Assembly (NCBI GenBank): GCA_016176685.1
Contig: JACOWS010000001.1
Location: 11,577-75,576, forward strand
Direction: 5' to 3'
DNA length: 64,000 nt
DNA from: Patescibacteria group bacterium
GTDB lineage: Bacteria > Patescibacteriota > Minisyncoccia > Phycocordibacterales > SBAW01
Shown here piece after piece: positions 23,546 through 33,011 of this stretch. Made by a program: the position numbers and the translations under genes. The notes below the pieces were generated by a model. That model saw only the letters and a list, made by a program, of their open reading frames with translations, had not been told where the DNA came from and ran no database searches. Numbering within the stretch: position 1 is the stretch's first letter; each line of letters begins with the position of its first letter.

Positions 23546-23546
23546 G

Positions 23547-25805
23547 GTGTCTTTTAGAGTAGCGCTTGTTGTGTGCGCACGCAAGCAGTTGTCCACATGC
23601 TATTATGTGTGTGCAATGACGCGTAAAAAAAATGGTAAAAACAACCGCGAGTACCACCTACTCCACTCGCTCCCCGACCACACCAAAAAAGCAATAATAG
23701 TAGTGGTGCTGGTTATTTTAGGGATATTTCTTACCTTGGCCGCTTTTGGCGGGGCTGGCGTTGCTGGAGGCGATGCGTATCGGTTCCTTGCATCCTTGCT
23801 TGGCGTCGGCTATTTTTTGCTCCCATTACTATTCTTCCTCCTTGCGGGGGGCGCTCTGCGCGAAGAGTGGATAGGGTTTACCCCGCTCAAACTTATTGCG
23901 AGCGGCATTTTTATAGTCGCAGGGCTTGGGTTTATCAGCTCCGCAAGCGGCAGAGGAGGGCTCCTTGGCACAAGTATTGCCGGCCCGCTTGAGCGTTACT
24001 TCGACCTCTACGCAACACTGATTGCGCTCGGCGGGCTCTCTCTTATATCGCTACTGATTATACTCGAAGGCGGGCTCCCTATGGATACGCTACGCGCAGT
24101 CAAACAGGCATTCCAAAAACTACTCCCGAGGAAATTGGCAGGGGAGCCCACACTCAGCGGTTTTGCCTTGGGTGACGAACAAAAAGAGGAAGAGGGGCCC
24201 GGCGAAGAGGACGTGGGAGATGAGATGCCGGAACCGACCATGGGTACCCCGACGCATGCCGCCCTGCGCAGTACCGCTTCGGTAGGGCTCAAGACGTTGC
24301 TGGGCACTTATACGCCGCCGCCGCTTTCTTTGCTTGAGCGCGACCGCGGCCGGCCGGGCGTGGGCGACATCAAAGCGAACGCAAACATTATCAAGCGCAC
24401 CTTGGCCAACTTCGGCATTGTGGTTGAGCTGGATGAAATTTCTATCGGCCCTTCGGTAACACGCTATGCTATAAAACCAGCGGAGGGTGTGCGTCTGCAA
24501 AAAATAGTTTCTCTACAAACAAATCTGGAACTGGCGCTCGCCGCGCACCCGGTGCGCATCGAGGCACCTATCCCCGGGAAATCACTCGTCGGTATCGAGG
24601 TCCCTAACTCATCAAAAGTAACCGTTGGGTTGGGAACGCTTTTGGAAACGCCGGAGTTCGCCGAGTCACAAAAACCACTGGTGGTGGCGCTTGGGCGCGA
24701 CATTGCCGGAGGTTCCCACTTTGGCAACCTTGCCAAGATGCCGCACGCGCTCATTGCCGGCGCAACCGGCTCGGGCAAGTCGGTTACCATACACGCGTTC
24801 ATCACCAGCTTGCTGTACCGTTGCGGGCCGCAACAGCTACGCTTTATCATGATAGACCCTAAGCGAGTGGAGTTGACGACCTACAACCGTATACCACACC
24901 TCTTGACCCCCGTTATCACGGACGCAAAGCGCACCATTGCGGCACTGCGCTGGGCGGGCAAAGAGATGGAGCGCCGCTACAATATCCTTGAAGAGGCGCG
25001 TGTGCGCGACATTGCTTCCTACCATGAGAACATTCTTGCACCGTCGCTTGCGCGGTTAAAAAAGCGCGGCGGGCCGGAAGAGGGAGAGGGCGCCCCCGAG
25101 ACCATGCCCTACATTGTAATTATCATAGACGAGCTGGCCGACATCATGCACGCATACCCCAGGGAGCTTGAGGCTGCGGTGGTGCGTTTGGCACAGATGA
25201 GCCGCGCGGTGGGCATACACCTTATACTTTCTACCCAGCGACCGAGCGTCAATGTTATAACCGGGCTTATTAAAGCCAACATCCCTGCGCGCATCGCTCT
25301 GCAAGTGGCAAGCCAGATAGACTCGCGCACCATACTCGACGGCGGCGGCGCAGAAAAACTGCTGGGCGCGGGCGACATGCTCTACCTCTCCGGCGATATG
25401 GGAAAGCCAATACGGCTCCAGAGCGCTTTTATCGGCGAGGCGGAGGTAAAGAAGGTAACCGAGTACATTGCGCAACATAACGAGCCGGAGTTGCCGGTTG
25501 CTATGGATGCTCAACAAGTATACCCAACCGGGAGCGAGGGTTTGGGCGTCGGGAGCGAAGATGATGGCGACATAGATGACGACCTGTACGAAGCTTCTCG
25601 CCTTGCGGTCATAGAGGTCGGCAAGGCCTCGACCTCCTACCTACAACGCAAATTACGAGTCGGGTACTCTCGCGCGGCGCGTATTATGGACCTGCTTGAA
25701 GAGCGCGGAGTTATAGGCGCTCAAGACGGGTCTAAACCTCGCGAGGTTCTCGAAAAAACAGGAAAAACTGCGGCAGAAGAGATGTCTGACCGAGCGGAGT
25801 TATGA
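23547..25805 (+). CDS. ftsK: DNA translocase FtsK/SpoIIIE
   Basis: N-terminal TM segments, acidic linker, motor domain with Walker A GATGSGKSV, IIIDELADIM (Walker B), and a C-terminal gamma winged-helix YLQRKLRVGYSRAARIMDLLEERG. Confidence 0.95.
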   Translation: MSFRVALVVCARKQLSTCYYVCAMTRKKNGKNNREYHLLHSLPDHTKKAIIVVVLVILGIFLTLAAFGGAGVAGGDAYRFLASLLGVGYFLLPLLFFLLAGGALREEWIGFTPLKLIASGIFIVAGLGFISSASGRGGLLGTSIAGPLERYFDLYATLIALGGLSLISLLIILEGGLPMDTLRAVKQAFQKLLPRKLAGEPTLSGFALGDEQKEEEGPGEEDVGDEMPEPTMGTPTHAALRSTASVGLKTLLGTYTPPPLSLLERDRGRPGVGDIKANANIIKRTLANFGIVVELDEISIGPSVTRYAIKPAEGVRLQKIVSLQTNLELALAAHPVRIEAPIPGKSLVGIEVPNSSKVTVGLGTLLETPEFAESQKPLVVALGRDIAGGSHFGNLAKMPHALIAGATGSGKSVTIHAFITSLLYRCGPQQLRFIMIDPKRVELTTYNRIPHLLTPVITDAKRTIAALRWAGKEMERRYNILEEARVRDIASYHENILAPSLARLKKRGGPEEGEGAPETMPYIVIIIDELADIMHAYPRELEAAVVRLAQMSRAVGIHLILSTQRPSVNVITGLIKANIPARIALQVASQIDSRTILDGGGAEKLLGAGDMLYLSGDMGKPIRLQSAFIGEAEVKKVTEYIAQHNEPELPVAMDAQQVYPTGSEGLGVGSEDDGDIDDDLYEASRLAVIEVGKASTSYLQRKLRVGYSRAARIMDLLEERGVIGAQDGSKPREVLEKTGKTAAEEMSDRAEL

Positions 25806-26176
25806 GTGCGATTTTCCTGCCGCGCGGATTTTTGCTCCTACTGGCGGCTCTGCTTATCATGGGCGCCGTTGGATACGGGCTGTTTGAAGCGAGGCGGATT
25901 CTTGCCGGACCGCACATCACTATACATGAGCCCCAAGATGGGAGCGCGCTATCCACCAGAGGAGCGGTTGTCCTTTCTGGCACGGCGCGCAACATCTCTT
26001 TCCTGACGATAAACGACAAACCGGCGCTCACCGACGAGCGAGGGCATTTTGCACAAATACTTACACCGACCGCCGGATATGCTATATTCACCGTCGCGGC
26101 GACCGACCGTTTTGGGCGCCGGATGTCCCGTTCGGTCCGCTTTACTGTTTTAAATTATTGTCCTATATATGGGTAA
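25802..26176 (+). CDS. Hypothetical small membrane-anchored protein
   Basis: Overlaps the ftsK stop (ATGA) and recA start. One N-terminal TM helix plus a ~95-aa domain. Confidence 0.5.
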   Translation: MSAIFLPRGFLLLLAALLIMGAVGYGLFEARRILAGPHITIHEPQDGSALSTRGAVVLSGTARNISFLTINDKPALTDERGHFAQILTPTAGYAIFTVAATDRFGRRMSRSVRFTVLNYCPIYG

Positions 26177-27278
26177 CACTGCTTCCGCCCAAGGCGGTTC
26201 GGCCTCGGGCCGAAAGGAAAAGAAAGTCGCGAGCGCGGCATCCCAGGGTGGCGCCGCTATAGACGCCGCCATCCGCGAGATAAAGACCAAGTTTGGCGAC
26301 GAAGCGATAATGAAGTTGGGCGATACCGCCAGAGTTGACGTTGACGCGATACCCTCCGGCTCTATCGGGCTCGACTGGGCGCTGGGCATCGGGGGCTACC
26401 CGCGCGGCCGCATTTTAGAAATTTTTGGCCCGGAGTCGTCCGGCAAAACAACGCTATCGCTCCACGCCATTGCCGAGGCGCAAAAGCGCGGCGGAGTGTG
26501 CGCGTTTATCGACGCCGAGCACGCGCTTGACCCGGAGTACGCAAAAAAAATAGGGGTCAAAATTGCGGACCTGCTGGTGTCACAACCGGACACCGGCGAG
26601 CAGGCGCTCGAGATAGTGGAGTCTTTGGTACGCTCCGGCAAGATAGATATTATCGTTATAGACTCGGTAGCCGCACTGACGCCAAAAGACGAAATAGAGG
26701 GGGACATGGGGCAGAGTCATATGGGGAAGCAGGCGCGCTTGATGTCCCAGGCGCTCCGCAAACTGACCGGCATCGTATCCAAGTCCAAAACAGTGGTCAT
26801 TTTTATCAACCAGATCCGCATGCAAATCGGCGTTATGTTTGGCAACCCGGAAACCACCACGGGAGGGAAGGCGTTGAAGTTTTATACTTCCGCGCGGCTC
26901 GACATCCGACGTATTGCACAAATTAAAAAAGGAGAAGAGGTGGTGGGCGGACGCCATCGCGTTAAGGTGGTAAAGAACAAAGTCGCCGCACCATTCCGCG
27001 CGGTAGAGTTTGACCTGCTTTACAACGAAGGAATATCTCGGGAGGGCGAGCTTATAGCGCTCGGAGAACGCCTAGGAGTTATCCACAAGTCAGGTTCTTC
27101 GTACTCGTACGGTGAAGAAAAGCTTGGCCGTGGCTACGATGCAACCCGCACTACCCTTCGTGAAAATAAGAAGGTTGCAAACGACATACTAAAGGAGATA
27201 CGTAAGTGTTTGAGCGAAGGCGGCTCAAGCGACAAGCGCCCGGGTAAAGAGGAACCGGCGGATGTCGAAAAGGAGTGA
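26169..27278 (+). CDS. recA: Recombinase RecA
   Basis: [10 protein letters not shown] Walker A, VIDSVAAL, and the canonical RecA core. A ~30-aa Ala/Gly/Ser N-terminal extension is present. Confidence 0.95.
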   Translation: MGNTASAQGGSASGRKEKKVASAASQGGAAIDAAIREIKTKFGDEAIMKLGDTARVDVDAIPSGSIGLDWALGIGGYPRGRILEIFGPESSGKTTLSLHAIAEAQKRGGVCAFIDAEHALDPEYAKKIGVKIADLLVSQPDTGEQALEIVESLVRSGKIDIIVIDSVAALTPKDEIEGDMGQSHMGKQARLMSQALRKLTGIVSKSKTVVIFINQIRMQIGVMFGNPETTTGGKALKFYTSARLDIRRIAQIKKGEEVVGGRHRVKVVKNKVAAPFRAVEFDLLYNEGISREGELIALGERLGVIHKSGSSYSYGEEKLGRGYDATRTTLRENKKVANDILKEIRKCLSEGGSSDKRPGKEEPADVEKE

Positions 27279-27548
27279 GGCGAGCGCCGCTCCACCAAAA
27301 ACCAGCGCCACTTGCACCGCAAGTGTCGTACTGACAATAGCGCTAGCGAAAAACACGGCAACACCCCCTACCCCGCTTTGCGAGACCGCAACCAGGTTTT
27401 GCACGACATGAGGCAGTGAGGCGAGCATAGCTACGCCAACCAGTGAAAACACCAACACGTAGAACTCGAGCGCCACTCGACTCACGAGCGCTCTCGCCGT
27501 GTAGATAAGAACCACGCATGCCATAACCCGACGTTCTATATTACTCAT
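27225..27548 (-). CDS. Small membrane protein, candidate anti-sigma factor
   Basis: 107 aa with 3 predicted TM helices. Its start overlaps the ECF sigma stop (ATGA-type coupling); its 3' end overlaps the recA 3' end convergently. Confidence 0.4.
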   Translation of the reverse strand: MSNIERRVMACVVLIYTARALVSRVALEFYVLVFSLVGVAMLASLPHVVQNLVAVSQSGVGGVAVFFASAIVSTTLAVQVALVFGGAALASLLFDIRRFLFTRALVA

Positions 27549-28135
27549 ATATTTGTATTGATAGTCTGATAAACTTTTTTAAACTCCTTTTTTGCGCGAT
27601 GGACCCGTGTTTTTATCGCTCCTACCGAAACTCCCTCCTCCTGCGCCATCTCCTCTTGTAACTTCCCTTCTATAAAGAAGTGCGTGAGCGCGCGGGCAAA
27701 TGGTGCCGGCATGCGAGAAAGTACCGAGGCCACCACATCCATAATTTCCTTTTTTTCAAACTGGCGAAGGTTCTTGTCTGGGATAAGCGCCCAGATTTCC
27801 TCATCAAGCATCTGCCCCACCCTGCCCTCTCGTTTGCGCTTGGCATAGTGAGTAAGCGCCGTGTTTATGAGGATACGATACCCCCAGGAAGAAAAAGAGG
27901 CCCCCTCCTGTTTTTTAAACTTCCCGGCGTTGAGATATATCTTGGTAAATACCTCTTGCACAATATCCTCCGCCGCCTCCTGCTCCCGTACTATAGAGCG
28001 CGCCTTGCGCAGAAACGGCTCCTCAAACCGACGTACCAGGACAGCAAAAAGTGACGGGTGCGATATGGATGCGGTAAGGATGTCCTCGTCAGAGCGTTCT
28101 TCCTTTTGCACCTCAATCCTTAGGTAATTACTCAT
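27545..28135 (-). CDS. ECF-type RNA polymerase sigma factor (sigma-70 family, group 4)
   Basis: Region 2 EDIVQEVFTKIYLNAGKF...SFSSWGYRILINTALTHY and region 4 LSRMPAPFARALTHFFIEGKLQEEMAQEEGVSVGAIKTRVHRAKKEFKK. Confidence 0.85.
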   Translation of the reverse strand: MSNYLRIEVQKEERSDEDILTASISHPSLFAVLVRRFEEPFLRKARSIVREQEAAEDIVQEVFTKIYLNAGKFKKQEGASFSSWGYRILINTALTHYAKRKREGRVGQMLDEEIWALIPDKNLRQFEKKEIMDVVASVLSRMPAPFARALTHFFIEGKLQEEMAQEEGVSVGAIKTRVHRAKKEFKKVYQTINTNI

Positions 28136-28200
28136 GCCTCCACTTTACACTATTCCCTATACATATATTTACAACTCGAGACGGCGGCCATTGGTTTCTG

Positions 28201-28650
28201 GTGTATGCTGGTGCTATGAAAGTCCGTCCCTGGACTTATACGTTGCCGGTATTGAGTGTATGTTTCTTAATCCTTGGTTTTATTTCCATCGTCGGCATCA
28301 TTGGCCACTGGCATTTTGGCCAAGATATTCCGTGGCTTTTTGCCGCCTATGCGGCAATGAACCTGTTACTTGGCGTCGGGTTTTGGAAACGGGAGCGGTG
28401 GGTGCTTACCGCGGTGGGGCTCAACTGGGCGGCCTACACTACGCTCTACTTCGGATTGTGGGTGTGGGGTGGCGATGTAAATCTGATGCGAGTAACTGTG
28501 AGTACCGCGGTTGCGGGTGGAATCTGGGGACTAGTATACTTACATAGGCGGTATTTGGTCGATACGCGCTTACAAATAGTAGGTGCCGCTTTCTTTATCA
28601 TATGGATATTTGTGTATAGCCTTACGCTATTTACAAGTATTGTACTATAA
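28201..28650 (+). CDS. Hypothetical 4-TM membrane protein
   Basis: Divergent from the ECF sigma gene. Four hydrophobic helices and no known motif. Confidence 0.5.
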   Translation: MYAGAMKVRPWTYTLPVLSVCFLILGFISIVGIIGHWHFGQDIPWLFAAYAAMNLLLGVGFWKRERWVLTAVGLNWAAYTTLYFGLWVWGGDVNLMRVTVSTAVAGGIWGLVYLHRRYLVDTRLQIVGAAFFIIWIFVYSLTLFTSIVL

Positions 28651-28655
28651 ACTAT

Positions 28656-29471
28656 ATGTTTAATAATCCGACGATGCGTTTTTTATCACAGACGGTTTTG
28701 GTGTTATTGCTGGTTTCGCTAATTTTCACCCCCACCTATGAGGTGGCGCAGGCCGGCCCAGTCGCTTTGGTGATTGCAGCGGTGGTGGTTATAGGCGCTG
28801 GCGCTGTGGCAGCAACTGATTACTTCACCTGTACTATTAATATCTTATGGGGTTGCGGCGGCGGTAAAGATGGCGGAGGCGACTCTAACACAGGAGTACC
28901 ACTTGTGGAGTATAAAAAAGGCAAACCTACCCCACTTCAAACAGATAAAGTAGTTGAAGACGGCACACCCTGTTACTCCCTCGGCAATATCTGCGGCGCT
29001 CGCAATAAGGGCACGATGCAGGGCGGGGTATGCACTGCGGTGACTCCTCAAGATAGTATTTGCTGCTCAAGCGCGCCAAACGCCTGCGGTTTGGTAAACT
29101 ACGCTCCCCCGGGGAGTGCAGGATCTTGTGCGGATGCGCAAATTGACTCGCCGCCCAACAGTCTGTGCGAAGCTCCGTCTATTTCCGACACTTCTGCCTC
29201 GCTCTCACCAAACCCCGGCTTTTATGCAGACCCGAGTTTGGTTAGACTAAATAGCATCACCACCTTGTATTGGGATGTGCTAAATGCCACTGCATGCTCG
29301 CTCTCCGGCGGCGGTCTTAACCTCCCCGGCCTTACTCCCCGCAACCAAGCAAACTCAAACCCCATTACACAGGCGACGGAATTTACACTCACCTGCGAAA
29401 ATGGCGAGGGCGGGCCAACAGCTTCTGCCACTGCGCGAGTGACCATTATACCTGTCTACCAGGAAATTTAG
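28656..29471 (+). CDS. Secreted cysteine-rich hypothetical protein
   Basis: N-terminal signal/TM, then a CxxxxxxWGCGGG Gly/Cys-rich region with ~16 Cys in total. No known family. Confidence 0.5.
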   Translation: MFNNPTMRFLSQTVLVLLLVSLIFTPTYEVAQAGPVALVIAAVVVIGAGAVAATDYFTCTINILWGCGGGKDGGGDSNTGVPLVEYKKGKPTPLQTDKVVEDGTPCYSLGNICGARNKGTMQGGVCTAVTPQDSICCSSAPNACGLVNYAPPGSAGSCADAQIDSPPNSLCEAPSISDTSASLSPNPGFYADPSLVRLNSITTLYWDVLNATACSLSGGGLNLPGLTPRNQANSNPITQATEFTLTCENGEGGPTASATARVTIIPVYQEI

Positions 29472-31008
29472 AGAGGAATCTAGCACGCCACGCAAGAAGC
29501 AGAATGCCGGCGACGAAAAGCGTTACCGGTAGGTTGCCAAAACGCGCGTAGAGCGTTTGGTGTGCGGGGCGCACCAGTACACTGCCCAAGAGCACCCCGC
29601 CTTGGCCTTGGCGCATCCATGCGGCAATGGAGCCATCGGCGTTTATAATAGCCGATGGGCCGAGCAGAGCCGCTCGCACCACCGGGATATCGTTTTCAAC
29701 CGCACGGTACTGCGCGGCGCGCACGCTAAACTCGCTTGCTACACCATCTGCAAACATGGCCTCCGACCCGATTGCGACAATTATAGAAGCGGAGGCCGCC
29801 TCGGCGCGCGCGCGAGATGCGCGATGGACTTCAGAACACACCAGGCCGCCAATAGACACACCGCCTACCATAACCGGAGCGCTCTTCCCGACCGAGATGT
29901 CAAAAGGCATAGAGTAAAGCCCGATGCTCCGCGCCCAGTTTGGCGTGTAATCCATAAACGGCACGAGAGATTCTTTTTGCGCTTCCCCAATGAGTCCTCG
30001 CTCTCCCCAGAACTGAAATCCGGTATATACGGACTCTCCCCTTTTTACATTGTTCCAGGTCGTCAGTGCGCTACTCTCTGGCACGCGAGAGGTAATCCAG
30101 CTAGAGAGAAGCTCATACCCTTCCGATACCGTTCCGGTGGCTATTGAGTCCGGATATATAACTAGGTCGGGAGCCGGCAAACCGACCTCTGCCAAGTAAT
30201 GGTCAAATTGAGGAAACGAAATGGTTCCGTCTGTGTTTGTTGCGGCAGTGGTGCGCTCGGCCAGCGAAGCAACCTGCAGTGTCGCTATAGAAAAACTTTT
30301 TGCTTCTCCTCTGATGCGCGCTAGATACCATTGGTTCCCCGCCCACAGGAGTACGAGCGCCGCTAGCACGATACCGACGGGGCGGGCGATACGCACGGCG
30401 CTTGGTGTATTCCTCACGAGGGATATTTCTGCCAAGGCCGCGTTGGCCCATGCGATTATAAACGATACAAAAAGCGCGCCGCCGACGCTCGCGAGGCTCA
30501 TAAGGGGCAGGAGCGCGGTGCCGGCGTGCGAGAGAGTCATAAGGTAGTACCCGCCCACGGGAAATTGCGCCACGTGCTCTATAGTCACATAGAGCGCCGC
30601 CGCGCAAAGCGTGTTGAGTATCATCGAACGTCCTCTGAGTACAGAGACCCCCAGCGCCCACAAACCAAACAAGGTCCCGTAGATAAGCGTGGCGGCCACC
30701 ACTCCCCCGTACTGTATTGCCGCAACAAAAAACTGCGTTGCGGGAAGCCAGTGGAATTGCACCACCAGGAGAAACGACACTTCAAGCGCCACCATACCGC
30801 CCGCAATAAATCCGGAAAGAAATACAAGGCGTTTCGGAACTCCCGCCGCGGCTACAAGATACAGCGGCAGGAGCGCCACAAAAAATAAAAGAGGAAGATA
30901 AAACGGATAGAAAGTGAGCATGAGTAGAGCTCCGGAGAAAACAGCACACAGGTACCAGCGCCTCTCACAAAAATCCATATAACAATAGTATAACTCGACA
31001 GAATCCAT
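29446..31008 (-). CDS. lnt: Apolipoprotein N-acyltransferase
   Basis: N-terminal multi-TM domain plus a C-terminal carbon-nitrogen hydrolase domain with catalytic Cys in GGLVCSE. Length and topology are typical of Lnt. Confidence 0.75.
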   Translation of the reverse strand: MDSVELYYCYMDFCERRWYLCAVFSGALLMLTFYPFYLPLLFFVALLPLYLVAAAGVPKRLVFLSGFIAGGMVALEVSFLLVVQFHWLPATQFFVAAIQYGGVVAATLIYGTLFGLWALGVSVLRGRSMILNTLCAAALYVTIEHVAQFPVGGYYLMTLSHAGTALLPLMSLASVGGALFVSFIIAWANAALAEISLVRNTPSAVRIARPVGIVLAALVLLWAGNQWYLARIRGEAKSFSIATLQVASLAERTTAATNTDGTISFPQFDHYLAEVGLPAPDLVIYPDSIATGTVSEGYELLSSWITSRVPESSALTTWNNVKRGESVYTGFQFWGERGLIGEAQKESLVPFMDYTPNWARSIGLYSMPFDISVGKSAPVMVGGVSIGGLVCSEVHRASRARAEAASASIIVAIGSEAMFADGVASEFSVRAAQYRAVENDIPVVRAALLGPSAIINADGSIAAWMRQGQGGVLLGSVLVRPAHQTLYARFGNLPVTLFVAGILLLAWRARFLSKFPGRQV

Positions 31009-31028
31009 TTTTTAGCTAGAATGCTTGC

Positions 31029-31598
31029 ATGCTTGAATACAATGAGATTTTGCCTAAAAAAATTATATTGCTCAGCGGCGAACCGTACGAGGTCTTGGAC
31101 GCGCACGTCTTTCGCAAACAGCAGCGCAAGCCGGTAAACCAGACCAAACTGCGCCATCTTATTACCGGCCGCGTTACCGAGCAGTCGTTCCACGGCTCGG
31201 AAAAAGTGGCGGAGGCGGACCTTTCAACCAAAGCGATAAAGTATATTTACAACAACCGCGGCGCGTGGTGGTTTTGCCTGCCAAACAACCCGGCAGGACG
31301 CTTTGAATTGTCGGCGGAGACGGTTGGCGCACAAGGGCAATTTTTGAAACCGAACACCGTGGTCGACGCACTGGTGTTTGATGAGAAAATAATTGCCTTG
31401 CGTGTACCTATCAAAGTAGAGCTTATCGTTAAAGAGGCGCCGCCCGCAGTGCGCGGCAACACCGCCCAGGGCGGCTCCAAGCAGATTGTCTTGGAAACGG
31501 GTGCCGCTATAAACGCCCCTTTGTTTGTAAACGAAGGCGACACAGTGCGGGTAAATACGGAGACAGGCACCTACGTGGAAAGAGTAGATAAAAAATAA
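31029..31598 (+). CDS. efp: Elongation factor P
   Basis: Three-domain EF-P; conserved VFRKQQRKP..TKLRHL loop region. Confidence 0.9.
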   Translation: MLEYNEILPKKIILLSGEPYEVLDAHVFRKQQRKPVNQTKLRHLITGRVTEQSFHGSEKVAEADLSTKAIKYIYNNRGAWWFCLPNNPAGRFELSAETVGAQGQFLKPNTVVDALVFDEKIIALRVPIKVELIVKEAPPAVRGNTAQGGSKQIVLETGAAINAPLFVNEGDTVRVNTETGTYVERVDKK

Positions 31599-31613
31599 AC
31601 GGTGGTTAAAACA

Positions 31614-31684
31614 AAAAGTTCTGAAAAAAGAGAGTAGGACTTGGCCTAGCGGCCCGGAGCGCTCTCTTTTTTCAGAACTTTTTG
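31614..31684. terminator. Long bidirectional hairpin terminator between efp (+) and rpsR (-)
   Basis: AAAAAGTTCTGAAAAAAGAGAG ... CTCTCTTTTTTCAGAACTTTTTG: a ~22-bp inverted repeat. Confidence 0.7.
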
Positions 31685-31740
31685 AGAAAACTATTATCGA
31701 ACAATGTAAGGCTAAACCGTTTTACGGTCGCCCGATAATC

Positions 31741-31938
31741 CTATCGGATTATGTAGGGCAAGAGCGCCAGGTAGCGTGCGCGTTTTATAGCTTGCGAAAG
31801 CGCGCGCTGGTTTGCCGCGGAAAGGCCGGTGCGGCGGCGCGGCATAATTTTGCCGTGCGGGTTAAGAAAGCGCTTGAGCGTCTCAATATCTTTGTAGTCT
31901 ATTCCTTGGAGCTGTGTTCCGTATAACTCGCTTTGCAT
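31741..31938 (-). CDS. rpsR: 30S ribosomal protein S18
   Basis: [50 protein letters not shown]. Confidence 0.95.
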   Translation of the reverse strand: MQSELYGTQLQGIDYKDIETLKRFLNPHGKIMPRRRTGLSAANQRALSQAIKRARYLALLPYIIR

Positions 31939-31967
31939 AAATTTTCTTTTTTATTTTCTAGATAAAT

Positions 31968-32423
31968 TTAGAAGGGTATGTCGTCAGGGTTAATATCCTC
32001 CTGCGGGTACTCTATGGCGTCTTCTTTTGGTGCTCGTTGCGGGGTTTCGGCGTCGCTCTGTGTCGCACGCCCCGTTCCAGACGCCGAGGCCCCGCTCCCG
32101 CGCGGTCCAAATTGCACGCGCTCGGCAACCACCTCGGTGCGATACTGCTTGCCTTTCTCGGGGCTTTCCCACGTGCGGGTCTGGATGCGCCCCTCTATAA
32201 ACGCCGAGCTACCCTTTTTGAGATACTGCGCGGAAGTCTCGGCTTGGCGGCCAAACACGACAATGTTGTGGAACTCGGTCGCCTCTTGTTTGGTACCGTC
32301 GGCCTTGGAAAAAACGCGGTTCGTCGCCAGCCCAAACGAGCATACACTGCCGCCCGAAGGTAGCGAGCGCAACTCCGGGTCGCGGGTGAGGTTGCCAAAA
32401 AGAAATACTTTGTTGATGTACAT
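31968..32423 (-). CDS. ssb: Single-stranded DNA-binding protein
   Basis: OB fold MYINKVFLFGNLTRDPELR...TEFHNIVVFGRQAE, plus an acidic C-terminal tail DINPDDIPF. Confidence 0.95.
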   Translation of the reverse strand: MYINKVFLFGNLTRDPELRSLPSGGSVCSFGLATNRVFSKADGTKQEATEFHNIVVFGRQAETSAQYLKKGSSAFIEGRIQTRTWESPEKGKQYRTEVVAERVQFGPRGSGASASGTGRATQSDAETPQRAPKEDAIEYPQEDINPDDIPF

Positions 32424-32429
32424 AGCCGT

Positions 32430-33011
32430 TTAAGAGACAAGCGCCTCGATGCTCTTTTCAAGCTCTTCTTCCGACACCTCACCGCCCTTTTCGGGCATTG
32501 CGGTCGGTTTTTGTATAGTCTCGCCCTCGAGCCGGTCGGAGGTAAACACTGCTCGGCGCGGCGTTGCATCTTCTCGTACTGTTTGTATCAAAAGGTAGCG
32601 CAAAATGTTTTTGTCTCCACGTAGCAAAGTTTCAAGCGCGGCAATGTGCTCGCGCTCTGTGGCAAACTTGACCCAGCCAAAATAGCTTTCTGAAAACTTT
32701 TCCCGCTTGCCGGACAGGGCGCGCTCGATGGTGTACGCAAGCATCATCTTTACCGGAAACTGCTCGGTGATTATTTCTGCATCGCCAAGGCCGAGTTCGG
32801 CGCGGATAGCTTCCACCACGCCTGCCACTCCCGCCTCTTCTACCGTAGGCACGACATGGAACCCAACCTCGTATACCGGGCGTTGGTCTTTACTCTGCTT
32901 CGCTTGGGATGATACCTCAGCTTCGGCATGCGACATTTCTGCCATGCGCGCATCGTAGCACAAGGTCCTTCGCCCCGCAAGACGTTCACACCTTAAAAAC
33001 TTTTTGTGCAT
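32430..33011 (-). CDS. rpsF: 30S ribosomal protein S6 with N- and C-terminal extensions (start likely ~32945)
   Basis: Core YEVGFHVVP...KFSESYFGWVKFATEREHIAALETLLRGDKNILRYLLIQT. Conserved rpsF-ssb-rpsR order. Confidence 0.85.
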   Translation of the reverse strand: MHKKFLRCERLAGRRTLCYDARMAEMSHAEAEVSSQAKQSKDQRPVYEVGFHVVPTVEEAGVAGVVEAIRAELGLGDAEIITEQFPVKMMLAYTIERALSGKREKFSESYFGWVKFATEREHIAALETLLRGDKNILRYLLIQTVREDATPRRAVFTSDRLEGETIQKPTAMPEKGGEVSEEELEKSIEALVS

